NCBI GenBank assembly: GCA_964577685.1
Contig: CAZNZT010000011.1
Span: 1 to 33,872, forward strand
Length of the DNA: 33,872 nt
Source of the DNA: an uncultured Methanosarcinales archaeon
GTDB taxonomy: Archaea > Nanobdellota > Nanobdellia > Woesearchaeales > JACPBV01
Direction of reading: 5' to 3'
Each line of letters begins with the position of its first letter. Within the stretch, counting starts at the first letter, position 1. The translations under genes were made by a program, and so were the position numbers. A model generated the notes under the pieces. The model was not told the DNA's origin, ran no database searches, and was given only the letters and a program-made list of their open reading frames with translations. Shown piece after piece: positions 9,661 through 18,216 of the stretch.

Positions 9661-9773
9661 TCTTTTTCTAGAGGTAATAATAAAAGGCTATAATATAAAT
9701 ATTTCGGTATTGCAATATTTATATTGTAGTATATAAAATAAATCAAAACAAAAGCAAAGGGGGTTGAAAAAAA

Positions 9774-10844
9774 ATGGATGTATTGATTAAAAATGCATTA
9801 GAACATGCAGAAAAACAAAAATTTGAAGGACTAGAAGTAGGACAAGCAAACATAAAAGTAATAGGAGTTGGGGGGGCTGGTAACAATATGGTTGGATGGT
9901 TATACGAGAAAGGTGTAAAAGGAGCAGAAATCATAGCTGCAAACACAGACCAACAACACCTTGATATGATTAATGCTGATAGGAAAATCCTCCTAGGAAG
10001 GGGGGTAACAAGAGGCTTAGGATGTGGTGGCTACCCAGAAAAAGGGGCTGAAGCTGCCCAGGAAAGCCTGCAAGAAATAAAAGAAACACTAAAGGCATCA
10101 GATATGGTATTTATCTGTGCCGGAATGGGCGGTGGAACTGGAACAGGAGGTGCTCCAATCACAGCCCAGGTGGCAAAAGATGCAGGAGCAATTGTTATAG
10201 GCACAGTAACCATGCCATTTAAAATAGAAAGAGCAAGGATAGATAAAGCAGAATTTGGTCTTCAACAATTAAGGCAAGTCTCAGATACAGTCATTGTTAT
10301 AGATAACAATCGCTTAGTCTCAATTGCAGGAAACTTACCGATACAACAAGCATTTGCAGTCGCAAATGAGTTGATTGCAACTATGATAAAAGGGATAGTT
10401 GAGACAATAGCAATTCCTTCACTAGTAAATCTAGACTATGCAGATGTAAAGGCAATCATGACCAATGGTGGTGTGGCTGCAATAGGAGTTGGTGCTTCAG
10501 ACACAAACAATAGAGTAGAGGAAGCGGTAAGAGGTGCACTATCCAATCCGCTATTAGACATAAGCTACAAAGGAGCTACTGGAGCACTCATACACATAAG
10601 TGGAGGGCCAGATATGACCCTTGATGAAATAAGCAAAGTAGGAGAGCTTGTCACTGAAAGCCTTGATCCAGATGCAAATGTAATCTGGGGTGCAAGGGTA
10701 GACGAAAATATGAAAGGCAAAATTACTGTGATGACCATCATTACAGGAGTAAAATCACCATGGATACTAGGAAAAATAGATTATACAAAACCATCACAAC
10801 AAGCACAGGAGATTTCAGAAGAGCTAGGCATAGAGCTGGTATAA
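9774..10844 (+). CDS. ftsZ: Cell division protein FtsZ (archaeal FtsZ2-like)
   Basis: GVGGAGNN, GMGGGTGTG and NLDYADV; ERARIDKA and DNNRL segments resemble the FtsZ2 clade. Confidence 0.96.
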   Translation: MDVLIKNALEHAEKQKFEGLEVGQANIKVIGVGGAGNNMVGWLYEKGVKGAEIIAANTDQQHLDMINADRKILLGRGVTRGLGCGGYPEKGAEAAQESLQEIKETLKASDMVFICAGMGGGTGTGGAPITAQVAKDAGAIVIGTVTMPFKIERARIDKAEFGLQQLRQVSDTVIVIDNNRLVSIAGNLPIQQAFAVANELIATMIKGIVETIAIPSLVNLDYADVKAIMTNGGVAAIGVGASDTNNRVEEAVRGALSNPLLDISYKGATGALIHISGGPDMTLDEISKVGELVTESLDPDANVIWGARVDENMKGKITVMTIITGVKSPWILGKIDYTKPSQQAQEISEELGIELV

Positions 10845-10880
10845 TGTTCGCCCCTTTAGTCCTTGTAAAAGAGAAGTTCT

Positions 10881-10945
10881 ATGCCTTCATTAAGACCACC
10901 CCCCAAAACTTTTTAGTGAAGGCATTTTTTATTTTTTTATTTTTT
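10881..10945 (+). terminator. Hairpin with C-rich loop plus T-tract (copy 1)
   Basis: Stem ATGCCTTCATTAA/TTAGTGAAGGCAT, loop contains CACCCCCCAA, followed by poly-T. Confidence 0.65.
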
Positions 10946-10981
10946 ACAAAGGCTAAAGGGAAATTATGCTCACTAATTTCT

Positions 10982-11041
10982 ATGCCTTCTTTAAATCACC
11001 CCCCAATTTGATAAAGAAGGCATTTTTTATTTTTTTATTTT
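10982..11041 (+). terminator. Hairpin with C-rich loop plus T-tract (copy 2)
   Basis: Perfect 12-bp stem ATGCCTTCTTTA/TAAAGAAGGCAT, loop contains CACCCCCCAA, followed by poly-T. Confidence 0.65.
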
Positions 11042-11058
11042 AAAAAAAATAAAAAAAC

Positions 11059-11811
11059 ATGACACTCTACATCGTAGGTATTGGCCTTGGAAACGAAAAA
11101 GACATTTCATTAAGAGGTCTAGAAATAATAAAAAAAGCAGATGTTATATACCTAGAAGAATATACATCAAAACTTGTCAGTTGTACAAAAGAAGACTTAG
11201 AAAGATTCTATGGAAAAAAGATAATAAGTGCCGATAGGAACATGATTGAAAATGAAGCAGAAAAAACAATCCTCAAAGATGCAAAAAAGAAAGAAACTGT
11301 CTTACTTGTAATAGGAGACCCATTCTCAGCTACAACACATATACAACTCAAAATAATGGCTGACCAACTTAAAATTAAAACAGTTGTTATTCCGAACACA
11401 TCTATTATTAATGCAATAGGAATAGTAGGTTTGGACTTGTATAAATACGGAAGAACAACAACCATCCCATTTGAAAAAACAAACATAACATCTCCGTATG
11501 AGGTAATAAAAAACAATCTAAAAAATGACCTTCACACCCTAGTCCTACTTGACCTAGACCCAAAGAAAGACAGATATATGGAAGCAAGAGAAGCAATAGA
11601 GTACCTCATTAAACTAGGAATGCCAAAAAACCAATTGTGTATTATCTGTGCCCAAGTAGGTTCTGATAAGCCGATAGTAAAAGTAGGGAAAGCAGGAGAG
11701 CTAGTAAAAAAAAGAATAAAAAAATTCCCTCAGTGTCTAATAATCCCAGCCAAGCTCCATTTCATGGAGAAAGAAGCGCTAAACCAATGGAAAGATAATA
11801 AAAACAAATAA
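11059..11811 (+). CDS. dph5: Diphthine synthase
   Basis: LYIVGIGL, YLEEYTS, GDPFSATTH, LYKYGRTTTIPF and LHTLVLLD. Confidence 0.95.
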   Translation: MTLYIVGIGLGNEKDISLRGLEIIKKADVIYLEEYTSKLVSCTKEDLERFYGKKIISADRNMIENEAEKTILKDAKKKETVLLVIGDPFSATTHIQLKIMADQLKIKTVVIPNTSIINAIGIVGLDLYKYGRTTTIPFEKTNITSPYEVIKNNLKNDLHTLVLLDLDPKKDRYMEAREAIEYLIKLGMPKNQLCIICAQVGSDKPIVKVGKAGELVKKRIKKFPQCLIIPAKLHFMEKEALNQWKDNKNK

Positions 11812-11817
11812 AAAAAC

Positions 11818-12141
11818 TTAAATGCACTTTCCATCTTTGCAAATATTACTGCATCTGATATTCTGATTTGATTTCTTATTACCTTCACAATAATACTCAA
11901 TCAATAATCCTGCAATACACTTATCAGAATCTTCATGAGAATTGCCATTCTCATCTATAACCCTGACTGTTCCCTTTACAGATGTGTCTATCCCATTATC
12001 AGAATCTTCGCAACTCTCTTTAACTACTACATCAACAACATTTCCTGTAATTGTAAGATTGCCTTTACTACCCACATCTCCCTTACTACAACCAAATAAA
12101 AATAAAGAAAGCACTATCGCCAAGATAAAAAGTTTTTTCAT
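11818..12141 (-). CDS. Small Cys-rich putative lipoprotein
   Basis: Lipobox-like LFLFGC; CEDSDNG…KG…D.C…LIEYYC…C…C..G.C module of a type often seen in DPANN surface proteins. Confidence 0.75.
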   Translation of the reverse strand: MKKLFILAIVLSLFLFGCSKGDVGSKGNLTITGNVVDVVVKESCEDSDNGIDTSVKGTVRVIDENGNSHEDSDKCIAGLLIEYYCEGNKKSNQNIRCSNICKDGKCI

Positions 12142-12363
12142 TTTATCCCAATTATATTAAAACTAATATAAATAACTTTCGTATAAAGTGGATAATCAAC
12201 CTTAGAATTTAGTATAGCACCCTTAAAGCAAAAAATCTGAAGAGATTAATTGCTAAAGCCAAGAGGACTACTAAACTAAAGAACCCAAGCACAAATTTTT
12301 AGATAAGTTTATAAATAAAAATAATACACTAATAGAGACAGAATAAAAGAAGTAAAAAGAAGT

Positions 12364-12457
12364 AGCCCCGTAGTGTAGTGGTCAAATTCTCGGATGAGAA
12401 GGCAATTCATTCAGCCCTTTGGAGGCTGAGACGGCAGTTCGAATCTGCCCGGGGCTA
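12364..12457 (+). tRNA. tRNA-Gln(TTG) with 21-nt non-canonical D-arm intron (~12386-12406)
   Basis: A1:U72 acceptor AGCCCCG/CGGGGCT, anticodon arm CAGCC-CTTTGGA-GGCTG; removing the insert restores the D-arm GTGTAGTGGTCAATCAT. Confidence 0.88.
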
Positions 12458-12520
12458 TTCTTTTCCCAAAGTAGAAAAAAAAGTAAAAATAAGTGCAAAA
12501 GAACTATCCACCATAGTTTG

Positions 12521-13012
12521 CTACCTAAACAACTTCTCCAAATCCTCATGAAAATAGATTCTGTTTATTTTCCCAACCTTCTTCTTAATGACTACTTGTC
12601 TTTCAATCAATTTTTTTATAATCCTTGAAACCTTTACCTTATTAAGTCCTGTCTTCCCAACCAACTCAGGCTGGCTAATTGTTCCTTTACAATCCACTAA
12701 TAAACTGACTAGTTTTCTTTCATCATTATCTAAAAATCTCAAGGTCAAGCTTACATCCTTTGAATACTCTTGTTTTTCTTTGAAAAACTTATAAGAAAGC
12801 AGATAATAGATAAGAGAACCAACAAAAACCCCTAAAGAAGAAAGTAATAATATCATTATAGGAATCGGAATAACACAAACATACCCTCTACTAAGAACAT
12901 TAGAAACATAATAAGAAGAAAAAGAAACAATAAATATGAATCCAGCTATTATTCCAATAACCAACAAGATGTCTCTAAAAACCTTTTTTTCATCCAGTTT
13001 AGATAGTTTCAT
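12521..13012 (-). CDS. Membrane-anchored winged-helix transcriptional regulator (COG2512-like)
   Basis: Two TM helices followed by GTISQPELVGKTGLNKVKVSRIIKKL…GKINRI wHTH. Confidence 0.8.
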   Translation of the reverse strand: MKLSKLDEKKVFRDILLVIGIIAGFIFIVSFSSYYVSNVLSRGYVCVIPIPIMILLLSSLGVFVGSLIYYLLSYKFFKEKQEYSKDVSLTLRFLDNDERKLVSLLVDCKGTISQPELVGKTGLNKVKVSRIIKKLIERQVVIKKKVGKINRIYFHEDLEKLFR

Positions 13013-13100
13013 TTTCTGAAACAAGCATTTATATATAGTTTCATTTTTAGTTATGATGGTCTATTTATAAAAGTTTTGAATAAATGAAGTAAAAAACAAA

Positions 13101-14312
13101 ATGAAAAGACCCATAATAGCCATATTGGTAATATTACTGCTATTTATAAGTATAGAAATAGCAACGGCCCAAAACAAAGTTGACCTATACTTATTCTACG
13201 CAAAAACTTGCCCACACTGTAGAGCCGAAAGACAGTTTCTTAGCTCAATAAAAAACAAATATCCTAAGTTGGTTATTCACGAATTTGAAGTTACTACAAA
13301 CAAGAGAAACGCAATCTTATTCACAAAGATGTGTGAAGCCTACAACACAAACCCACAAGGAGTACCAACTACTTTCATTGGGGATGATTATATCATCGGA
13401 TTTGGCCAACCAACAATCAAAGAACTTGAAGACAAAATAAAAGAATGTACAGAAGTTAAATGTACAAATCCTGGAAAGAGAATCAACCTAACAGGAACAG
13501 AAGAAAAGATTATAAAAGAAAAACCAATCAAAACCAAAGAAAATCAAACGAATACAAATAAAACAAATATAGTAAACATCCCCTTAATTGGAGAAATAGA
13601 TATCTCAAAGATTGGTTTACCATTATTCACCATAATCCTAGGTGGTCTGGATGGTTTTAATCCCTGTGCCATGTGGGTTCTGTGTTTTTTGCTTACCCTA
13701 TTACTACATGCAAAATCAAGAAAAAGGATGTTACTGGTAGGGGGGATTTTTGTATTCACCTCAGCTATTGTTTATTTCCTCTTCATGGCAGCATGGCTCA
13801 ATTTTTTTCTTTTAGTAGGTTATGTAAACATCCTAAGGATGATAATAGCAATTATTGCTATAATCGCTGGCTTGATTAACACAAAAGACTTTTTCTTTTT
13901 TAAGAAAGGAATATCTCTAACAATTCCAGAATCAGCAAAACCAAAGCTATTCAAAAGAATGAGAAGGTTAGTTTATGAAACCTTCCTACCAACCATGATT
14001 GTTGGAACAATAATATTGGCTTTCACAGCAAATACCTTTGAATTGCTGTGTACGGCTGGTTTCCCTGCTATCTACACCAGGGTCCTAACACTAAAAAATC
14101 TACCAACATTAACTTACTATAGCTACCTAGCACTTTATAACATTGTCTATGTTATACCTCTAGCCGTAATCGTACTAATATTTGTGTTTACAATGGGGGC
14201 TCATAAATTTACTGAAAAACAAGGAAGATGGCTCAAATTGATTGGTGGCTTGCTAATGCTTATGTTGGGTTCAATCCTATTAATAAAACCAGAACTACTA
14301 ACATTCAGCTGA
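13101..14312 (+). CDS. Thioredoxin/glutaredoxin domain fused to a CcdA/DsbD-like membrane domain
   Basis: Signal peptide, CPHC, GVPT, then DGFNPCAMW and ELLCTAG within multiple TM helices. Confidence 0.85.
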   Translation: MKRPIIAILVILLLFISIEIATAQNKVDLYLFYAKTCPHCRAERQFLSSIKNKYPKLVIHEFEVTTNKRNAILFTKMCEAYNTNPQGVPTTFIGDDYIIGFGQPTIKELEDKIKECTEVKCTNPGKRINLTGTEEKIIKEKPIKTKENQTNTNKTNIVNIPLIGEIDISKIGLPLFTIILGGLDGFNPCAMWVLCFLLTLLLHAKSRKRMLLVGGIFVFTSAIVYFLFMAAWLNFFLLVGYVNILRMIIAIIAIIAGLINTKDFFFFKKGISLTIPESAKPKLFKRMRRLVYETFLPTMIVGTIILAFTANTFELLCTAGFPAIYTRVLTLKNLPTLTYYSYLALYNIVYVIPLAVIVLIFVFTMGAHKFTEKQGRWLKLIGGLLMLMLGSILLIKPELLTFS

Positions 14313-14322
14313 GGTGATAAAA

Positions 14323-14661
14323 ATGGAAGATATGAAATCAACTCTAGAAGAGGTACAGAATAGCCTAAAAATCCTAGAAAAAAAGTACCCAAACCTGATA
14401 AAAGCATTCAGTGGATTTATGGGTGCGGTAGAAAAAGAAGGTGCCTTATCCCACAAAACAAAGGAATTAATTAGCGTAGCATTAGCTGTAGTAAAAGAAT
14501 GTAAATGGTGTATTGCATTCCATGTAAAAAATGCTCTAGAAGCAGGGGCAACGAAAGAAGAGATAATAGAAGCATGCTTTGTTGCAGCATTAATGGGTGG
14601 AGGTCCTGCATTGATGTATACACAACTAGCTATTAAGGCCATTGAGGATTATAGCAAGTAA
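14323..14661 (+). CDS. CMD/AhpD family protein
   Basis: RBS GAGGTGA; KTKELISVALAV..CKWCI.FH…A..AGAT.EEI pattern. Confidence 0.9.
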   Translation: MEDMKSTLEEVQNSLKILEKKYPNLIKAFSGFMGAVEKEGALSHKTKELISVALAVVKECKWCIAFHVKNALEAGATKEEIIEACFVAALMGGGPALMYTQLAIKAIEDYSK

Positions 14662-14718
14662 AGTACCCATTAAATACACAAAAAACCATTTTATATTTCC
14701 CAAAACCTTATCCTAAAT

Positions 14719-14733
14719 CGAAAGCTTTAAAAT
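14719..14733 (+). promoter_or_regulatory. BRE/TATA promoter of SRP RNA
   Basis: CGAAAGC-TTTAAAA about 29 nt upstream of the RNA. Confidence 0.65.
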
Positions 14734-14753
14734 AAAAAAATGATTATTAAGAG

Positions 14754-15030
14754 TGGGCAAGCTAGGTCGGCAGGTTAGTCCTCTGCTGTAACCACAAATG
14801 GACTTTACGGTGGGACCGAAGCCCTTGGAGAGGTACTAATAAGGTATGCCAGTCTTGCTATAGACAATGAGGTTCTGTCCTATAGGGTCGGTATCTTAAG
14901 GAACCGTGTCAGGCCAGGGATGGAGCAGCACTAACTTAAGATATTGGCGCTTATAGGGTAGCGGAACTAAGAATATAGCAAGGTCAAACTGGTATGCCTG
15001 TTAGTATCCATCCTGGGGCGTGCTTGCCCA
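14754..15030 (+). ncRNA. ffs: Signal recognition particle (7S) RNA
   Basis: Helix 1 TGGGCAAGC/GCTTGCCCA, Alu UGUAA motif (14787-14791), helix 8 GTGTCAGG-CCA-GGGA-TGG-AGCAGCAC (14906-14931). Confidence 0.93.
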
Positions 15031-15051
15031 ATTTATAATCCAACAACCACA

Positions 15052-15270
15052 TTAGCCCCGACTTCTAAGAAGAAAATAGATATTAAGAACGAGTGTCACA
15101 AGTATAATAAAAAAAGCAATAATAAAAGATGATTGAAACTCAAAGCTAGCTTTAGATATAGCAGTTACAAACCCTGTAACTCCTGGTTTGGAAGGTATGT
15201 TGATTCTTGAGAACATACCCAGAAAAAATACTAGTGAAATAAAATTCATAAATATCATAATTTTTTTCAT
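15052..15270 (-). CDS. Small two-TM membrane protein
   Basis: 72-aa ORF with two hydrophobic segments and an upstream TATA-like sequence. Confidence 0.6.
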   Translation of the reverse strand: MKKIMIFMNFISLVFFLGMFSRINIPSKPGVTGFVTAISKASFEFQSSFIIAFFIILVTLVLNIYFLLRSRG

Positions 15271-15335
15271 ATTTTAAAGAATAACAGAGAGGATATATAA
15301 AATTTTCTTTTTCAGGTTCTATAAACTTATTGTTG

Positions 15336-15417
15336 GTATAGCATATGCGATTATCTGAAGTTTCAGTGTAGCTGAAACTTGGGGCGACTTGCCTAAGCAG
15401 TATAATGCCTGTTAGTT
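15336..15417 (-). repeat. Imperfect palindromic element, degenerate attC-like
   Basis: On the minus strand: AACTAAC-AG-GCATTATACTG…CAGATAATCGC-ATAT-GCTATAC with bulged bases; internal 9-bp hairpin AAGTTTCAG/CTGAAACTT. Confidence 0.3.
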
Positions 15418-15568
15418 TCCTGAACTAAGTGAAGGTCAGATCCTATTACAGATTTCAGGGGGGAGGAAAATTTCAGAATTTTTATTGCTATGGTTTTTTT
15501 AGGATTGTTGTCTTTCTTTAAAAAGAAGTTCTCAAAATTTTTTAAATAAAAACAAAAAGTTTAAATAA

Positions 15569-15590
15569 TATGTTAAATATATTTAACATA
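15569..15590. promoter_or_regulatory. Perfect 22-bp palindromic operator next to a TATA box
   Basis: TATGTTAAATATATTTAACATA directly after TTTAAATA (15560-15567). Confidence 0.6.
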
Positions 15591-15614
15591 AAATCGATTA
15601 TAAGTTAGGTAAAT

Positions 15615-16862
15615 ATGCCAACTATAAAAGAAGCATTGCTTGATTCAAATCCTTGGTGGAGAAGAAAGTTTAGAGTTGAATTTAGAGAAAGAGAAGTCTA
15701 CAGAAAATTTCAGAAATTTCTACCATTGCCCCAAATAATAGCATTAACTGGTTTAAGAAGAGTCGGGAAAACAACTTTGATGTTGAAAATTGTAGAAGAT
15801 GCAATTGAAAAAGGGCATAATCCGAGAAATATAATTTATTTTTCATTTGACGAATTTAGAGATGTGGAAGTAAGAAGTATAATAAGAGAATATGAAGAAA
15901 TGCTTGAAAAAGATTTCAGAAAGGGGAAATATTTACTTTTGCTTGATGAAATACAAAAGTTAGATTGTTGGGAAGATCAAATAAAAAGAATTTATGACAC
16001 ATTCAGAAATATTAAAATAATAATCTCTGGTTCAGAATCTCTATTCATAAAGAAAAAATCACGAGAGACGCTTGGAGGGAGAATTTTTGAATTCAAAGTC
16101 GAGCCACTTTCGTTTAAAGAATTTCTCTCCTTTAAAGGCATTAAATTTAAACCAATTGGACTTTATGAGAAAGAGTTGATTAAATTATTTAATGAATTTA
16201 CTTTGATTCAGGGATTCCCAGAGTTGGTTGGAATTAAAAACAAAGAAATTATTAAAAAATACATTAGAGAGAGTATAGTAGAAAAAATTGTTTATAAGGA
16301 TATACCAGGGCTTTTTAAAATTAAAGATATAACAATAATAGAGTCTTTGCTTAATATATTGACAGAGGAACCAGGACAACTTATAGAAATCTCAGAGTTG
16401 GCTAAAGAATTAAAGATTTCAAGGCAAACACTCTCAAATTATCTGATGTATCTTGAAGAATCATTTCTGATCAAAAAATTATATAATTTTTCTAAGAGTA
16501 AGCGAAAAATAGAAAGGAAACTAAAGAAATATTATCCAACAACAGTCTCTGTTGATCTTTTATTTAGAAAAGATGAGTTTTCCAGATCAAAAGTGTTCGA
16601 ATGGTTGGTGGTTAACCAGTTAAAAGCTGAATTTTTCTGGAGAGATCCTTATAAAAATGAAGTAGATGTGGTGTTAATGAATAAAAAACCAGTACCAATT
16701 GAAATCAAATACGGAAAAATTGATGTCAAGGGACTGCTAAGATTTATGAAAAAGTTTAAGGTTAACAAGGGATATATAATATCTTACAAAAAAGAAGAAA
16801 AGAGAAAAGTTGACAAAAAGATGATTCTAATAAATCCTGCGTTTAAGTTTTTGTTAAGGTAA
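15615..16862 (+). CDS. COG1373-type AAA+ ATPase (AAA_14 plus DUF4143) with wHTH and PD-(D/E)xK-like C-terminus
   Basis: NPWW, Walker A GLRRVGKT, Walker B LLDEIQ, SGSES, GFPE and EVDVV…PIEIK. Confidence 0.9.
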   Translation: MPTIKEALLDSNPWWRRKFRVEFREREVYRKFQKFLPLPQIIALTGLRRVGKTTLMLKIVEDAIEKGHNPRNIIYFSFDEFRDVEVRSIIREYEEMLEKDFRKGKYLLLLDEIQKLDCWEDQIKRIYDTFRNIKIIISGSESLFIKKKSRETLGGRIFEFKVEPLSFKEFLSFKGIKFKPIGLYEKELIKLFNEFTLIQGFPELVGIKNKEIIKKYIRESIVEKIVYKDIPGLFKIKDITIIESLLNILTEEPGQLIEISELAKELKISRQTLSNYLMYLEESFLIKKLYNFSKSKRKIERKLKKYYPTTVSVDLLFRKDEFSRSKVFEWLVVNQLKAEFFWRDPYKNEVDVVLMNKKPVPIEIKYGKIDVKGLLRFMKKFKVNKGYIISYKKEEKRKVDKKMILINPAFKFLLR

Positions 16863-16913
16863 AAGAACCGCAAGCTGTCTAAACTTAATTGAATACTTGG
16901 ATTTACAAAAGTT

Positions 16914-17000
16914 TTCGTAAGAAAATTTGGGCAAAATTCGTGCGGGGAATTTTCCGTTAAATTCCTGTTATGTCTTCAGATAGGGATTGATTCTTACGAA
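16914..17000 (+). repeat. 87-bp structured element bounded by a 10-bp inverted repeat
   Basis: TTCGTAAGAA (16914-16923)/TTCTTACGAA (16991-17000) enclose two internal hairpins. Confidence 0.45.
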
Positions 17001-17070
17001 TGCACCAATAATATGTTTACAGAACACTCTTTCAAAAGATTTATATATAAACAACCCCAAATTTAAACAT

Positions 17071-17190
17071 ATGAGAAAAAAAGGAAAGATAGAACTAGAC
17101 AAACTATCACTCATAGCAGTAGTGGCTGCGATAGTAATAATCCTTATTATATGGTTTAAAATAATCCTCCCAAACCTATTCCCAAAATGA
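17071..17190 (+). CDS. Tiny pilin-like protein (39 aa), class III signal-like N-terminus
   Basis: MRKKG|KIELDKLSLIAVVAAIVIILIIWF; TATA 30 nt upstream; ATGA overlap with the next gene. Confidence 0.7.
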   Translation: MRKKGKIELDKLSLIAVVAAIVIILIIWFKIILPNLFPK

Positions 17191-18215
17191 AAAAAAAATC
17201 TGCTCTTGAAGTCTCCACTGCTATTTTGTTTATTGTACTCCTACTTGTTTCTGGAGTATTACTCATTGTATCAATAAAACTAAGCAAAACAGCAAAAAAA
17301 GAAACTAACATAAAGGCATGTGAATATGATATAAAGAAGGCATATCTTTCAAAAAGGTTCCCAAATCCAGGTTCCTTACTGACAAGAGGAAATAGGCTCA
17401 GCAGTCTATCAAACTGCAGAAGAGACAAGCTCGGCGACCTCATTATAAAATACAAAGATGTTGTCAAAAATGGAGTCATAGACCAAAACAAAGCCCATAA
17501 AATAATAGCAGATGAAATGGTAAAATGCTGGAAGATGGTGGGCGAAGGAAAGATAGACCCATTCTCAAATTGGGACACGAAAGGTATAAGCTACTGCCTT
17601 GTTTGTAGCACAATAAGATATGATGACAGGCTTCTAAAATTTATTAAACTGAATAACAAAAAAATCAGTAAAAAAGAAGACATAGCAAAGTACAATATCT
17701 TAGGTATAGACGAATATCTAAGAACTAATAGAATAACCAAAAATGGTCCGACATTTTATGAGTACCTCTACAAGGAAAAACCCCCAATACCAGAAGACAC
17801 TATTAAGAAAATAAAAGAAAACAACTTACAGAACAAAACCAATATCATACTACCAAACTCACTTATAATAGTAAGGATGTACAAAGCAAAGCAGAAATCA
17901 ACTCTATCCTCAATAGGAGGAGCTATTGTAGGAAGTCTTCTTGTGATAGGAGGGACTGTAATAGCTGCAACAGGATTCGGAGCACCATTAGGAGCTGCTA
18001 TTATAAGTATAGGTCTTGGCGCAGCTACAGGAGCTATAGGTATTGCTTTATTAGTAAACACAGCATCAGAGGCATACGATGCTTGCATACCAGACTGCAA
18101 TGGTATTGGTGGAATAACAATCATACCTAGCGAAGTGCCTCTAAGCCAAGAAATCCCAATGGAAATTGATGGAAAACAAGTAATGAAACCCATATGCGAC
18201 ATAATAGTAAACTAA
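17187..18215 (+). CDS. Pilin-like protein with an internal Gly-rich hydrophobic hairpin
   Basis: MKKKSA|LEVSTAILFIVLLLV; Cys-containing ectodomain; GGAIVGSLLVIGG…TGFGAPLG…GAATGAIG segment. Confidence 0.8.
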   Translation: MKKKSALEVSTAILFIVLLLVSGVLLIVSIKLSKTAKKETNIKACEYDIKKAYLSKRFPNPGSLLTRGNRLSSLSNCRRDKLGDLIIKYKDVVKNGVIDQNKAHKIIADEMVKCWKMVGEGKIDPFSNWDTKGISYCLVCSTIRYDDRLLKFIKLNNKKISKKEDIAKYNILGIDEYLRTNRITKNGPTFYEYLYKEKPPIPEDTIKKIKENNLQNKTNIILPNSLIIVRMYKAKQKSTLSSIGGAIVGSLLVIGGTVIAATGFGAPLGAAIISIGLGAATGAIGIALLVNTASEAYDACIPDCNGIGGITIIPSEVPLSQEIPMEIDGKQVMKPICDIIVN

Positions 18216-18216
18216 G

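Noticed and set aside
10760..11011. 83-aa ORF overlapping the ftsZ end
   Set aside because: It runs through hairpins and T-tracts and has no protein-like features; the region is better explained as structured RNA.
12419..12628. 69-aa plus-strand ORF
   Set aside because: It starts inside tRNA-Gln and overlaps the convergent regulator gene.
15380..15440. Short blocks resembling the SRP RNA 3' half (ATGCCTGTTAGT-TCC, TGGGGCG-CTTGCC, GAACTAAG) as an att duplication
   Set aside because: The blocks are short and not colinear with the SRP gene, so they do not form a direct-repeat att site; probably chance.
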